Notes under the pieces: model-generated
Database searches by the model: none
What the model was told of the DNA's origin: nothing
Seen by the model: only the letters and a program-made list of their open reading frames with translations
Part shown: one piece after another, positions 1 to 9,339 of the stretch
Layout: each line of letters starts with the position of its first letter
Position numbering within the stretch: the first letter of the stretch is position 1
Source: Thermodesulfobacteriota bacterium
GTDB taxonomy: Bacteria > Desulfobacterota > GWC2-55-46
Assembly (NCBI GenBank): GCA_030583865.1
Contig: CP129479.1
Coordinates: 1,634,819-1,698,818, forward strand
Length of the DNA stretch: 64,000 bases
Direction of reading: 5' to 3'
Program-made: the position numbers and the translations under genes

Positions 1-1362
1 GGACGGGAAGACGAGGGATTTTATCGCATAGCCCTTGTTAGGCATGAACTCGGCAATAACGGCCGGTGTCGAAACCTTCAGCTCGCTTTCGGAAGACCGG
101 ACCTGCGAGCGCCCTTCAGCGCCCATTGAGGCGCCGTCCACGCGCCCCTCCTCTCCTTCCAGTGCGAGCGCCGGGGACACGGGGTTTCCTCCGTACACCC
201 AGGCAAGGAGCGGGGTCCTGTGCTGGTGGTTTCCGAGGAGCCTTTCCGTCTCCATCTTGAGCCACCCGAGCCTGTTCTGGAACCAGGCGTACTTCTCGTC
301 TATCGTGTTGGTCCTGTAATCGCTCCCCCAGAGGTCGCAGAGCACCTCCTTGAAGTCCTCTATAGGTTCCTTCTCAAGGGCCCCCTGCCTGATGAGGGCC
401 TTCAGGTTATTGTAGACCCTGTGGCATTCGGTATTCACGTGTATGCTGTCCCTGCCCGAGGCGGCCCAGCGGAGCGGGTTGTACTTCTCCTGTTTCTTGC
501 ATACCACCGGGGTCTCGGCCGACTCGAGCCTTATGAGGTTCCCGGCGCCCTTGCTGCCCCTGAGGGATTCGAGCATGCGGCCCGGAGTAGTTAGCCTTAC
601 CCTGGGGTCCTCAGCAGCCTTCCTGAGCAGGCGGGCCATCCTCCCGTGCTCATCCGCTGCCGTCGGCTCGCCACCTGGCCTGTATCCGAAGACCTCGGCG
701 TCGTTACTGTAGGCCGTGAACCCCCTCTCCTCGTCCCCGTCCTTCGGAGCGTGGGAGAAGAGATACTCGAAGTACTCGGCCTCGGGTATCTCGCCGTGCA
801 CGCACCTCTGGAACTTCTGGAAGGCGATGGAATGGCTCCATATGACTTCCACTTCGGTGGAAAGTCCGGCTGCCCTCTGCGGGAGGTACTTGTATTGGAG
901 AGGGTACCTGTTATGCTGGAACGAATTGTTCCAGTCCATGATTATGGCCTCGTACCCGGCTTCCCTGTAAAGGTCCACGATGCCCCTTGAAAAGGTCTGC
1001 TCGTTTACGAGGGCTATTTTCGGCCTCCTGCCGAGGAGGTCGAGATAATATTTGTTCCCCAGCTCCAGGTTCCACCTGTTCACATCCGTCGGCACCAGCG
1101 GGAATATCGACTGCGAATAGCCCGAGCCGATGAACTCGCATCTACCCTCGTCCCAGAGCGAACGGAGCCTCTCGATGAAATACGGGTCTATGGTGTTGAC
1201 CTCCTTGAGAGTCCAGGCCGTCATCTCGACGGCGACAGGTATGCCGCTCTCTGCAAGGCCAAGGAGCGGGGCATAGCACCTCTCGACCACGAGAGGGAAA
1301 TGCTCCCTCGGGATGGAGGAGAAGGCAAGGTTACAGTGGAACATCGTGTACAGGTTAAGCAC
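1..1362 (-). CDS. Glycoside hydrolase family 57-like protein, N-terminal ~450 aa (C-terminus lies beyond the window start)
   Basis: Minus-strand frame open from 1362 to base 1. It is absent from the ORF track because it has no in-window stop. My translation reads (V)LNLYTMFHCNLAFSSIPREHFPLVVERCYAPLLGLAESGIPVAVEMTAWTLKEVN..CEFIGSGYSQSIFPLVP..ALVNEQTFSRGIVDLYREAGYEAIIMDWNN. This has the GH57 N-terminal barrel layout. Start is GTG 1362 (GAGG 8 nt upstream) or ATG 1344. Confidence 0.7.
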   Translation of the reverse strand, partial: MLNLYTMFHCNLAFSSIPREHFPLVVERCYAPLLGLAESGIPVAVEMTAWTLKEVNTIDPYFIERLRSLWDEGRCEFIGSGYSQSIFPLVPTDVNRWNLELGNKYYLDLLGRRPKIALVNEQTFSRGIVDLYREAGYEAIIMDWNNSFQHNRYPLQYKYLPQRAAGLSTEVEVIWSHSIAFQKFQRCVHGEIPEAEYFEYLFSHAPKDGDEERGFTAYSNDAEVFGYRPGGEPTAADEHGRMARLLRKAAEDPRVRLTTPGRMLESLRGSKGAGNLIRLESAETPVVCKKQEKYNPLRWAASGRDSIHVNTECHRVYNNLKALIRQGALEKEPIEDFKEVLCDLWGSDYRTNTIDEKYAWFQNRLGWLKMETERLLGNHQHRTPLLAWVYGGNPVSPALALEGEEGRVDGASMGAEGRSQVRSSESELKVSTPAVIAEFMPNKGYAIKSLVFPS

Positions 1363-1365
1363 GGG

Positions 1366-2136
1366 CTAAGCCTCAAGCCATTTGAATTTCGGGTCCGTAT
1401 TGGGCCTTAATATCCTGTTGTCACCGGCGAGGAACCAGAGGTAGTAAAGTGAATGCCCTGGCATGGCAGATACCGGGTGATAGCCCCAGGGTATTGTTAC
1501 GGCGTCATAGTCTTCTACCATGAAGGAATGGCTTCCCTGTTCGCCATATATGGCCTGGGTGCCGAAGCCGGTTGCCGGGTCGAGCCTGAAAAGATATATC
1601 TCCTCCATCCTGGCCTCCTGGCCGGGGATTTCGGTATCGTGCTTGTGGGGAGGGAAGCTCGACCAGCCCCCGGGAGGGTTGAATGTCTCGCCGAGGACAA
1701 GCCTCGATGCGCCCTCCTCAGGGCCGATTATATCCACGACCTTCCTCTTCCAGGCGTCCCTGCCGACCGTCTTCTCCTTGCCCGAAGGCACGTGGAAAAC
1801 GGCCCTCTTTTCATCCGTCCTGGCCTTGCATAACGCAAGCTCGCTGTATCTTGAGGCCTTGATCGCAGCGCTCGAACCCCTCGGGATGTAAAGGGCGGAG
1901 CCCGGGGTTTTCCAGACGCTCTCCCTTTGAAGACTGTACGCGCCGCCCTCAACTGAAAAGCAGGCATCGCCGGCAAGCGGGACTATGGCCATTTCATACT
2001 CGCCTGTCTCAAGGGTAAAGGAGTCTCCTGTATCGAGCACAAGGAGGTCGAGCGCAAGGCATTCAAGCTCCCTGCCGCCAAAGACCGTGTTCAGCCCCTT
2101 GTCTTTCGCCGCCATTTTCTTTATTGGGCTAAGCAT
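1366..2136 (-). CDS. KduI/IolB-family cupin sugar isomerase (5-deoxy-glucuronate isomerase-like)
   Basis: 256-aa ORF with ..GETFNPPGGWSSFPPHKHD..EEIYLFR..TIPWGYHPVSAMPGHSLYYLWFLAG, typical of IolB/KduI cupins. It overlaps the upstream ATP-grasp gene by 8 nt. Confidence 0.75.
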   Translation of the reverse strand: MLSPIKKMAAKDKGLNTVFGGRELECLALDLLVLDTGDSFTLETGEYEMAIVPLAGDACFSVEGGAYSLQRESVWKTPGSALYIPRGSSAAIKASRYSELALCKARTDEKRAVFHVPSGKEKTVGRDAWKRKVVDIIGPEEGASRLVLGETFNPPGGWSSFPPHKHDTEIPGQEARMEEIYLFRLDPATGFGTQAIYGEQGSHSFMVEDYDAVTIPWGYHPVSAMPGHSLYYLWFLAGDNRILRPNTDPKFKWLEA

Positions 2137-3352
2137 GTTTCCTCGCGGGAACTGTCGTTATCCTCAATGTCCCGGCAGCCGCTTCCCAGTTTTCCAGCGC
2201 TTCGGCCCGGGTGCCGCCTACCGCGATTATGTAACATACCCTGTGGGCGCAGTTCCTGTATGGAAGGACCTCATCACCGGGCTTTACCATCAGGAAGACC
2301 TCCTCGACCCCGGGGCGCCTCCTCACCTCTTCAAGGCCCTCTATCGAGCTTACGATCCCCGGCTCGGGAAAGACCGCCTTGCAGATTGCGGTCCTCTCAA
2401 GGGAGGGAGTGAAATAATCTTCCCTTACCGGAAGCCCTGTTGCGAGGGCTATGGCCATCTTCTGCGGCTCGAGACCTGTCGCGAGCGGCGTCGTGTACTG
2501 CGAATGGAAGCCGCCCGAGAGCCTCGCCGGAAGCTCGAGGACCATCGGCCCCTTTTTCGTCATAATGGTGTCGGCCTTGTACGGGCCGAATTCGATGCCG
2601 AGCGAAATTGCGGCCCTTGTCACGAGCCCGTAAAGGCCCTCCTGGGCCGTAATAGAAAGGGCCGTGGGGTTCGTGTGGCCGGTCTCTATGGGGAAAGGCC
2701 GGAAACCGAAGTGCCTGTCCACGATGCCGAACCTGTAATGCCTGCCGGCGTGCGCGATAAGCTCCACGCTCTGCTCGTCTCCCTCGACGAACTCCTCTAC
2801 GAGAGCGGTCCTGGTGGAAGAATGGTTTTTTGCGTCCTCAAGGGCCTCGGGAAGCTCATCAAGTGAATCTATCCTCCGCGAGCCCCTTGATGCCGCGTTG
2901 TCTATGGCTTTCACCATGCAGGGGAAACCGACCTTGCTTGCCGCCATCCGGGCCTCTGAAAGGCTTACGACCTCTTCGGCGTAAGGAGTCGGGACCCTGT
3001 CCGCCAGCCACCTCTTCTTCATGAGCCACTTGTTATTCGACCTCTCGGCGGCCTCGACTGGTATGCCGGGAAGGCCGAGCGCGCTCGATACCGAAGCCGC
3101 TGTTATGGCTACGTCCGCGCCTGCGACAACGCCGCCCAGATTGAGGCGTTCGCGGTTCTCAAGCGCCCATCTGACGTGCGCTTCGGGGTCTTTTATATCC
3201 AGCACGAGCGCCTGGTCTGCCTCTTTAAAACCCTCAGCCTCCGGGTTCCTGTCAGAGGCGATTGTATAGAGCCCCATGCCCCTGGCTTTCCGTATGAGAG
3301 AGACCTGCATGGGGCCCGCGCCGAGTATCAATATGGATTTCCTTGTCATCAT
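2129..3352 (-). CDS. ATP-grasp domain ligase
   Basis: 407 aa. N-terminal Rossmann-like ILILGAGPMQ, then NKWLMKKRW..GFPCMVKAIDNAASRGSRRI..ALVEEFVEGDEQSVE, the ATP-grasp fold signature. ATGA overlap with the SDR gene stop. Confidence 0.8.
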   Translation of the reverse strand: MMTRKSILILGAGPMQVSLIRKARGMGLYTIASDRNPEAEGFKEADQALVLDIKDPEAHVRWALENRERLNLGGVVAGADVAITAASVSSALGLPGIPVEAAERSNNKWLMKKRWLADRVPTPYAEEVVSLSEARMAASKVGFPCMVKAIDNAASRGSRRIDSLDELPEALEDAKNHSSTRTALVEEFVEGDEQSVELIAHAGRHYRFGIVDRHFGFRPFPIETGHTNPTALSITAQEGLYGLVTRAAISLGIEFGPYKADTIMTKKGPMVLELPARLSGGFHSQYTTPLATGLEPQKMAIALATGLPVREDYFTPSLERTAICKAVFPEPGIVSSIEGLEEVRRRPGVEEVFLMVKPGDEVLPYRNCAHRVCYIIAVGGTRAEALENWEAAAGTLRITTVPARKHA

Positions 3353-4113
3353 ATGCCCCAGGCGAGAAACCCGCCGTCTACCGGGATAACGGCGCCGGTC
3401 ACGAAATCGGACGCCGAGCTCGCGAGATAGACGGCAGTCCCGGCCAGCTCCTCGGCCCTGCCGAGGCGCTTCATCGGGGTGTTCGCCAATATCCTCTCGA
3501 GCCTCTCGCCTACAAGCACCTTCTCGTTCAGCGCGGTCCTGAAGACTCCGGGGGCTATGGCGTTCACCTGTATGTTGTCAGGGGCGAGCTCGACCGCCAG
3601 GTTCATCGTAAGGAGCACAAGACCCGCCTTTGACGACGTGTACGCTGCCGCATCCTTTAGCGCCCTGAAAGAACCGAGCGAGGCGATATTGATTATCTTC
3701 CCGCTGCCCTGCCTCTTCATTATCGTCCCGACGGCCCTGCATACCCTGAACGCGCCCGTGAGGTTGGTGTCGAGTACGCGGCTCCACTCCTCTTCGGTCA
3801 CTTCGAGCGTCGGCTTTTTAAGGTGCACCCCCGCCGAGTTGACGAGTATGTGTATACCCCCGGCCTTTTCCGCGGCCTCCTGGACGGCATGCCTTACCGA
3901 TCCCCCGTCGAGTATGTCCATGCGGACCGGGAATGCCGAGCCGCCGGAGCCCTCAATGAGGCGCACTGTCTCGTCGAGCTTCGATACGTCCCTGCCCGCA
4001 ACCGCAACGGTCGCGCCCGCCCTTGAGAGGCCGACGGCTATGGCCTGACCGAGGCCGCTTCCGCCCCCGGTCACGAGGGCCGTCTTGCCTGTGAGGCTGA
4101 AAAGTCCTGTCAA
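3349..4113 (-). CDS. Short-chain dehydrogenase/reductase (KduD / gluconate 5-dehydrogenase-like)
   Basis: 254 aa with TGGGSGLGQAIA cofactor motif, NSAG, and a YTSSKAG catalytic Tyr-x3-Lys. TTG start inside a TTGA overlap with the upstream stop. Confidence 0.85.
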   Translation of the reverse strand: MTGLFSLTGKTALVTGGGSGLGQAIAVGLSRAGATVAVAGRDVSKLDETVRLIEGSGGSAFPVRMDILDGGSVRHAVQEAAEKAGGIHILVNSAGVHLKKPTLEVTEEEWSRVLDTNLTGAFRVCRAVGTIMKRQGSGKIINIASLGSFRALKDAAAYTSSKAGLVLLTMNLAVELAPDNIQVNAIAPGVFRTALNEKVLVGERLERILANTPMKRLGRAEELAGTAVYLASSASDFVTGAVIPVDGGFLAWGI

Positions 4114-4934
4114 TTGCCCACCTTCCTTGCCCTGAGCGCGATGGTGTCGCCTATGCAGAGGCGCTTCGTTATCGTGTCTATGACCCTTTTATTCAAATCG
4201 GGTATCGAGCCCCTGGGGTTGCAGCTCCCGAACCTTACCCAGCTTACGACCGCGAAGCCCGTCTCCGAAAGGAGCCTGAAGAGCGACTCCTGCGAAAAGA
4301 GATGCAGGTGCTGGACCGGAAGGTAATAGAGCCACCTGTCGCCGAAAAGCTCGGATATCATGCCCGTGCACGGGGTCTGGATGACCACCTCTCCGTTGGC
4401 TGCAAGGACAGACCTTGATTTCTCGAGCATCCGCCTCGGGTCCGGCACGTGCTCTATCACGTCCCAGAAGGTGAGCATGTCATATTCGCCTTCGATATCG
4501 AAGAGGTCCTTTACAACGCAGCTGAGGCCGTTCTTCCTTGCGGCCTCGACCATCTCCGCGGAGATGTCTATGCCGGAGCCGTCCATGCCGAGCCTGTTCG
4601 CGTACTCGATGAACTGTCCGTTCGCGCAGCCCACGTCAAGGAGCTTCCTGCCCCGTAGCGCGGCACGGTCCAGGCGGAGGTCGGCGAAGGTCAGGTCCTT
4701 TTCCGCGAAATAGGTCTCCCTGTACTCCGGCGCGAAATGGAGGTGGTGCCCCAGGTTGTTGAATTCTTTCTCCATGTAGCCTGACTCGTAAAACCTGCTG
4801 CATTCCTCGGCTGAAGGGTACTCCGTCATACGCTCAACGCCGCACCCGGCGCACCGCACGTACTGGTATCCGGCGACCGTCGCCGTTGCCGCGGCTTCGG
4901 CCCCGCCGCATATCCTGCACCTGTCGAGCTTCAT
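4110..4934 (-). CDS. Class I SAM-dependent methyltransferase with N-terminal Cys4 zinc ribbon
   Basis: 274 aa. CRICGG..CAGCG ribbon, then LLDVGCANGQF (SAM motif I) and FWDVIEHVPDP. ATGA overlap with the upstream gene. Confidence 0.85.
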   Translation of the reverse strand: MKLDRCRICGGAEAAATATVAGYQYVRCAGCGVERMTEYPSAEECSRFYESGYMEKEFNNLGHHLHFAPEYRETYFAEKDLTFADLRLDRAALRGRKLLDVGCANGQFIEYANRLGMDGSGIDISAEMVEAARKNGLSCVVKDLFDIEGEYDMLTFWDVIEHVPDPRRMLEKSRSVLAANGEVVIQTPCTGMISELFGDRWLYYLPVQHLHLFSQESLFRLLSETGFAVVSWVRFGSCNPRGSIPDLNKRVIDTITKRLCIGDTIALRARKVGN

Positions 4935-5836
4935 TCCCTCACCCCGTATATGACCATTTCCCGGCCTATGCCGTGCCTGGCCATGAGCTCATACATCTCC
5001 TTTTTGAAACCCGCGAGGCCCGGCTCGTTCAGCAAGAGGTCGAGCCTTTTTCTCCTGGCGTGGCATTCCCTTCCGAGGCTGTCGTTCCCGACGTAGTTGT
5101 CTCCCATGAGGAGGAAAAGGTCGATGGGGAACATTGAAGTCCTCCCGACAACCCTGAACCCCGACCTTTCAAGTAGGGCCGACAGCGATTCGAAGCTGAA
5201 ATAATTTACATGGTGCGGGGGGGCGAGCCAGTACTGGCCGAACCCGAGCCTGTCGGTCAATACCTTCTGGACCGGGCTGAAGTCGTTCGGGACGACACAG
5301 CATATGACGCCGCCCTTTGAAAGGAGCCCTGCCGCTTCCATAAGGAGCGCGTCGGGCTCCGGCACGTGCTCAAGCACCTCCGAGAGGTGGAGCGCGTCGA
5401 ACTTCCTCTTGATGCCTGAGGCCGTCTCCTTATTGAAAAAGCCGTTTATGACTTCGACGCCGAGCGTCATTGCGTGGGCCGAGGCCTGCCTTGACGGCTC
5501 TATTCCCAGGCCGCTCCAGCCACGCTCCATGCCCCTTTTGAGGAAATATCCGGGGCCTGAGCCGATGTCGAGTATCGAGCGCCGCCCGTCCTTGAGCCTC
5601 GATTCGAGAAAATCCAACCTCTCGTCGTAGACAGACCTCCACCAGTCAAGGTCCTCTATGACGCGCTCGATGAATAGAGGCTTTTCGTCCCTGTAATATT
5701 CCTCGGCGTAGACACTCTGAAGCTCGGCGGGCCCTGGCACAGGGTCCATGTGTATGAAGCCGCACTCAATGCAGTCGATTATCCCGTAGCCGTTCGCGTT
5801 CCCGACGACGCTCCCGGCGTGCTTTATCCCGGCCAT
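4931..5836 (-). CDS. Class I SAM-dependent methyltransferase (paralogous architecture to 4110-4934)
   Basis: ILDIGSGPGYF motif I, LSEVLEHVPEPD, and an N-terminal CIECGF ribbon remnant. I prefer ATG 5836 (GGAGGG 4-5 nt upstream) over the track start at 5950, which would overlap pseG by 127 nt. Confidence 0.8.
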   Translation of the reverse strand: MAGIKHAGSVVGNANGYGIIDCIECGFIHMDPVPGPAELQSVYAEEYYRDEKPLFIERVIEDLDWWRSVYDERLDFLESRLKDGRRSILDIGSGPGYFLKRGMERGWSGLGIEPSRQASAHAMTLGVEVINGFFNKETASGIKRKFDALHLSEVLEHVPEPDALLMEAAGLLSKGGVICCVVPNDFSPVQKVLTDRLGFGQYWLAPPHHVNYFSFESLSALLERSGFRVVGRTSMFPIDLFLLMGDNYVGNDSLGRECHARRKRLDLLLNEPGLAGFKKEMYELMARHGIGREMVIYGVRE

Positions 5837-6837
5837 CCGTCCCTCCCCGCTTCCCGGGCCCCATCGAGGAGCGACCTTATAAGCGACGCTATCCGGAAAG
5901 CTCCCTTCCCGTCGGTAAGGCTCATGGCCTTCGCGGACATTTCCTCCCACTCCCGCCTGTTAGTTTTGAAAAAATCGATTGCCCCGGCTATGCTGGACGC
6001 GCTTACTTCCGTCTGGCAGCCTAGGCTCCTGGATATGCCGAGCCTTTCGACTGCGGCGAGGTCCTCCCTGTCGCTCTCGTAATTGCCGATAAGGACCGAG
6101 GGCACGCCCATGTACGCAAGCTCGAATACGGTCGTGCCCATTGCCGTGAAGGCCAAGTGGGTTTCCTTCATAAGCGGGGCCAGGTCCTTGACGTTATGGA
6201 CGAACCTGAACCTACCGCCGCAGCCGGCCATGAATTCCTCGAGGGCGCCTCCGGTCCTGAAGGCCGGCCCTATGACTGCGGTGACCTCTATGTCCCTTAC
6301 ATCGTAGAGGCCCTTGAGCGCGAGCCCGGTCAGGTTGAAAGGGTCCGAGCCGCCCATTGTGACGAGCACCTTCAGCGGCATGGAGTGGCCTGGCCGCTTC
6401 CCGTCCCGCGCCCGCCTGAAGTTCTCGCCGATGATTATGTATTCGTTGCCGGAAACGAGGTTGCCGTTCACCCCTCCCCTGTAAAGCGGCGTCGGCATGA
6501 CTACCGCGTCGGCCTCCCCGGAAGATGAGTTATCTATAAGGACGACCTTCTTGCCCTCGTCCTTGAGTGCGTGCACCTGCTCGCATACGTCCCTTTTGGT
6601 GTCTATCACGACGACGCCGCCTGTCAAGCGGCCAGCGTGCCTGCCCGTAATGGGATAGGTGATATGGAAGAGCGACTCGGAGTTGAGCCGGTCTATGACG
6701 GGCCGTTCGTTGTTCACGAGGAAATGGAGCGGGAGCTCTTCCGACTCGAGCGCGTGGGCGATGTTGATGCACCGCATCACGTGCCCCATCCCGACGGTGG
6801 AGCCGCCCTCGGTCCAGAAAGTCACGCCGTTTTGCAC
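5824..6837 (-). CDS. pseG: PseG-type UDP-sugar hydrolase (UDP-2,4-diacetamido-2,4,6-trideoxy-beta-L-altropyranose hydrolase family)
   Basis: N-terminus VTFWTEGGSTVGMGHVMRCINIAHAL matches the PseG GxGHxxR signature, and the fold is GT-B-like. The track start at 7020 is an Arg-rich extension overlapping the upstream gene. Likely GTG at 6837 or GTG at 6825 (GTGA overlap with the upstream stop). Confidence 0.75.
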   Translation of the reverse strand: MQNGVTFWTEGGSTVGMGHVMRCINIAHALESEELPLHFLVNNERPVIDRLNSESLFHITYPITGRHAGRLTGGVVVIDTKRDVCEQVHALKDEGKKVVLIDNSSSGEADAVVMPTPLYRGGVNGNLVSGNEYIIIGENFRRARDGKRPGHSMPLKVLVTMGGSDPFNLTGLALKGLYDVRDIEVTAVIGPAFRTGGALEEFMAGCGGRFRFVHNVKDLAPLMKETHLAFTAMGTTVFELAYMGVPSVLIGNYESDREDLAAVERLGISRSLGCQTEVSASSIAGAIDFFKTNRREWEEMSAKAMSLTDGKGAFRIASLIRSLLDGAREAGRDGWPG

Positions 6838-7838
6838 CGGGCCTCCCTTCCCTCCAGGAGGTTCCTCGAGCCCTTCACCCTTAGCGCCAGTTCGAGCGTC
6901 GCAATGCCTTCGCGCACGCCGGCGCGCGGGGGAAGCCCCCTCTCTATGCATTCGAGGAAATGCCTCGACTCTGCCAAGTACATCTCGTTTACCTCGAAGC
7001 CTATCCTGCCCTTGTACCACTTTCCAAGCTCAGCCGAATAGGTCTCCACGGTACCGTCAAGCAGGTCGGCCCTTATGGTCCCCCTCGATCCGGCCACGAC
7101 CAGCCTGTGCTGGTTCGCCCTCTGGATGAAATCGGTCTGCCAGTTCACGTACGCCCCGCTTTTAAGCCTCATGACGGCAGTTGCGATGTCCTCGACGTCC
7201 ATCTCGAGCCCGCTCACCCTGTCTACGAAAGCGAAGACCTCGTCGACCTCGCCGAAAAGCCACCTGATGTTGTCGAGCCCGTGTATGCTCGTCAGGACCA
7301 CCCCGCCGCCGAGGTCCTTCCTCGCCGCGTACTCGGTCCTGTAATCGGCCTGAGGGTGCCAGTCGGGGAGATAATGCCCGCCGTAGTAATTGACATGGTG
7401 GACCTTGCCTATGACCTCGGACGCAAGAAGGCTCTCTATCTGGAGGAATACTGGATGGAACCTGTAGCACATGGCCATCATGGCCGTTATGCCCTTCCCG
7501 TCCGCGAGCTTCAGAAGCTCAGTTACCCCGTCCATCTTGTCGGAAAGCGGCTTTTCTATTAGGATGTGCACCCCGCGCCTGGCAAGCTCAAGCGCCATGT
7601 CGAGGTGCATGGAAGACGGAGTGCATATGACAGCCGCGTCGGGCAGCTTCGCCAGCGCATCGTTGAAGCTCGTGGTAAAGACCGGCCTCTCGATGCCCCT
7701 CGCGGCTCTATCGAGCGCGCCCGCATTCGTGTCGCAGAGTATGAAATCCCTTACGCCGAGGGCCGCCAGGTTCTTTATGTGCCGTTTCCCTATCGAGCCG
7801 CAGCCCACCACGAGCGTTTTAAGGCCTTTTCCCATCAA
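6822..7838 (-). CDS. Gfo/Idh/MocA-family NAD(P)-dependent oxidoreductase
   Basis: 338 aa. N-terminal LVVGCGSIGKRHI Rossmann motif and the EKPL motif (ILIEKPLSD). Confidence 0.85.
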   Translation of the reverse strand: MMGKGLKTLVVGCGSIGKRHIKNLAALGVRDFILCDTNAGALDRAARGIERPVFTTSFNDALAKLPDAAVICTPSSMHLDMALELARRGVHILIEKPLSDKMDGVTELLKLADGKGITAMMAMCYRFHPVFLQIESLLASEVIGKVHHVNYYGGHYLPDWHPQADYRTEYAARKDLGGGVVLTSIHGLDNIRWLFGEVDEVFAFVDRVSGLEMDVEDIATAVMRLKSGAYVNWQTDFIQRANQHRLVVAGSRGTIRADLLDGTVETYSAELGKWYKGRIGFEVNEMYLAESRHFLECIERGLPPRAGVREGIATLELALRVKGSRNLLEGREARCKTA

Positions 7839-7881
7839 TCCGATTCTCCTTGCCTTATTGCTTTGAAATGAAAACCCGCGT

Positions 7882-9219
7882 TCAGTTCCTTTGCCTGAAG
7901 ACGACGCCTATCGGCTCGCCTTCCAGAAACCCGGCTGGGTTTCCGCTGTCGACCGCCTTTTTAAGGACCGAGAGCGCCTCCCTTGAAGCCTCTATCGTCT
8001 TTGCTATGTCCTCGTCGGTATGCGAGTAGCTTATGAAGACCGGCCCCCCGTAGAGCACTCCCCTCTTCACGGTCTCCTGGAGGAATACGCTCTTAAGGAG
8101 CAGGTCGTCTTCTCCGGAGGAGTTCCTTGCCGATATGCCTCCCCTCGGCGGCTTCCCGGTTATGCTGAAATCCACGCCTATCTCCCTGGCGAACCCGTTT
8201 ATGCCGTCATGGAGCCTCTTGCCGGCCTCCCATATCCGGTCTATCACGGGCTTCGTCATAAGCTCGTTTATGGTTGCCCTGGCCGCTGAAAGGCCTATCG
8301 CGTCTCCCGAATAGGTCATGGAGAAGAAGACCTCGTTCAATTCCTTCATGAACTCGCGCTTCCCGGCGATAGCCGATATCGGGAACCCGTTCGCCATGCC
8401 CTTCCCGAAGCAGGCGAGGTCCGGGACGACCCCGTAGTATTTCCCCGCGCCCCCGAGCGAATACCTGAAGCCGGTCACTATCTCGTCGAGCACGAAGAGA
8501 GCGCCGTTCCTGTTCGCGGCTTCCTTTGCGAGCTGGAGGAAGTTCTTTCCGGTCTCCGGGTCAACGAGCGGGTCGGTCCCCGGGACCTCCATTATGACGC
8601 AGGCAATCTTCCCGGGGTTTTCGGCGAAGGCCTTCTCAAGGGTCTCTATACGGTTGTATTCGAACTTGTGCATGTAATCGGCGAGAGGGCGCGGGATGCC
8701 CTTGTTGCGGGGCGTTACGACAGCGTACCAGTCCTGGCAGCCGTGGTAGCCGCAGTACGCGATGTGGTCCCTTCCCGTGGAGGCCCTCGCCACCTTTACT
8801 GCGGCGCTCGTGGCGTCCGCGCCGTTCTTGCCGAACCTCACCATCTCGGCGCACGGGATGACCGAGCGCATGAGCTCCGCCACCTCTACCTCGAGCGGGT
8901 GCATGAGCGTGAATGTCGTGCCTTCCCTGACCTGCCTTATGACTGCCTCGCTCACCGGAGCGTAGTCGTAGCCGAGGAGTATGGGCCCGAGGGCCAGGGG
9001 GTAGTCTATGTACTCGTTCCCGTCCAGGTCCCATACGCGGGCGCCCTTGCCGCGGCAAAGGTACTTGGGGGTCACGCCCCTTACGAACTGGTCGGGCCCC
9101 TTGCTCAGCGTCTGCGTGCCTGCGGGTATGACCTCTATTGCGCGTTCCCACATGGCGTCGGATGCGGGGAAAAGACTTTCGTTCGAATGCTTTTTAAGCG
9201 CCTGTTCCATTGCCATCAT
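7882..9219 (-). CDS. Class III PLP aminotransferase (glutamate-1-semialdehyde aminomutase/HemL-like)
   Basis: 445 aa with VWDLDGNEYIDY, VLDEIVTGFR, and FGKGMANGFP (PLP-Lys region). ATG 9210 is an alternative start. Confidence 0.85.
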   Translation of the reverse strand: MMAMEQALKKHSNESLFPASDAMWERAIEVIPAGTQTLSKGPDQFVRGVTPKYLCRGKGARVWDLDGNEYIDYPLALGPILLGYDYAPVSEAVIRQVREGTTFTLMHPLEVEVAELMRSVIPCAEMVRFGKNGADATSAAVKVARASTGRDHIAYCGYHGCQDWYAVVTPRNKGIPRPLADYMHKFEYNRIETLEKAFAENPGKIACVIMEVPGTDPLVDPETGKNFLQLAKEAANRNGALFVLDEIVTGFRYSLGGAGKYYGVVPDLACFGKGMANGFPISAIAGKREFMKELNEVFFSMTYSGDAIGLSAARATINELMTKPVIDRIWEAGKRLHDGINGFAREIGVDFSITGKPPRGGISARNSSGEDDLLLKSVFLQETVKRGVLYGGPVFISYSHTDEDIAKTIEASREALSVLKKAVDSGNPAGFLEGEPIGVVFRQRN

Positions 9220-9339
9220 CCACCTTTCGGAATAATTTTCGCGCAGCCCTCATTTTTCAACAAAGCAATTCTATCGATTGGATTTTTTCCCGCTTTTACC
9301 AAAGGCCGGGATGTTGGAAAAGCTTGGAGTTTTTTACCC

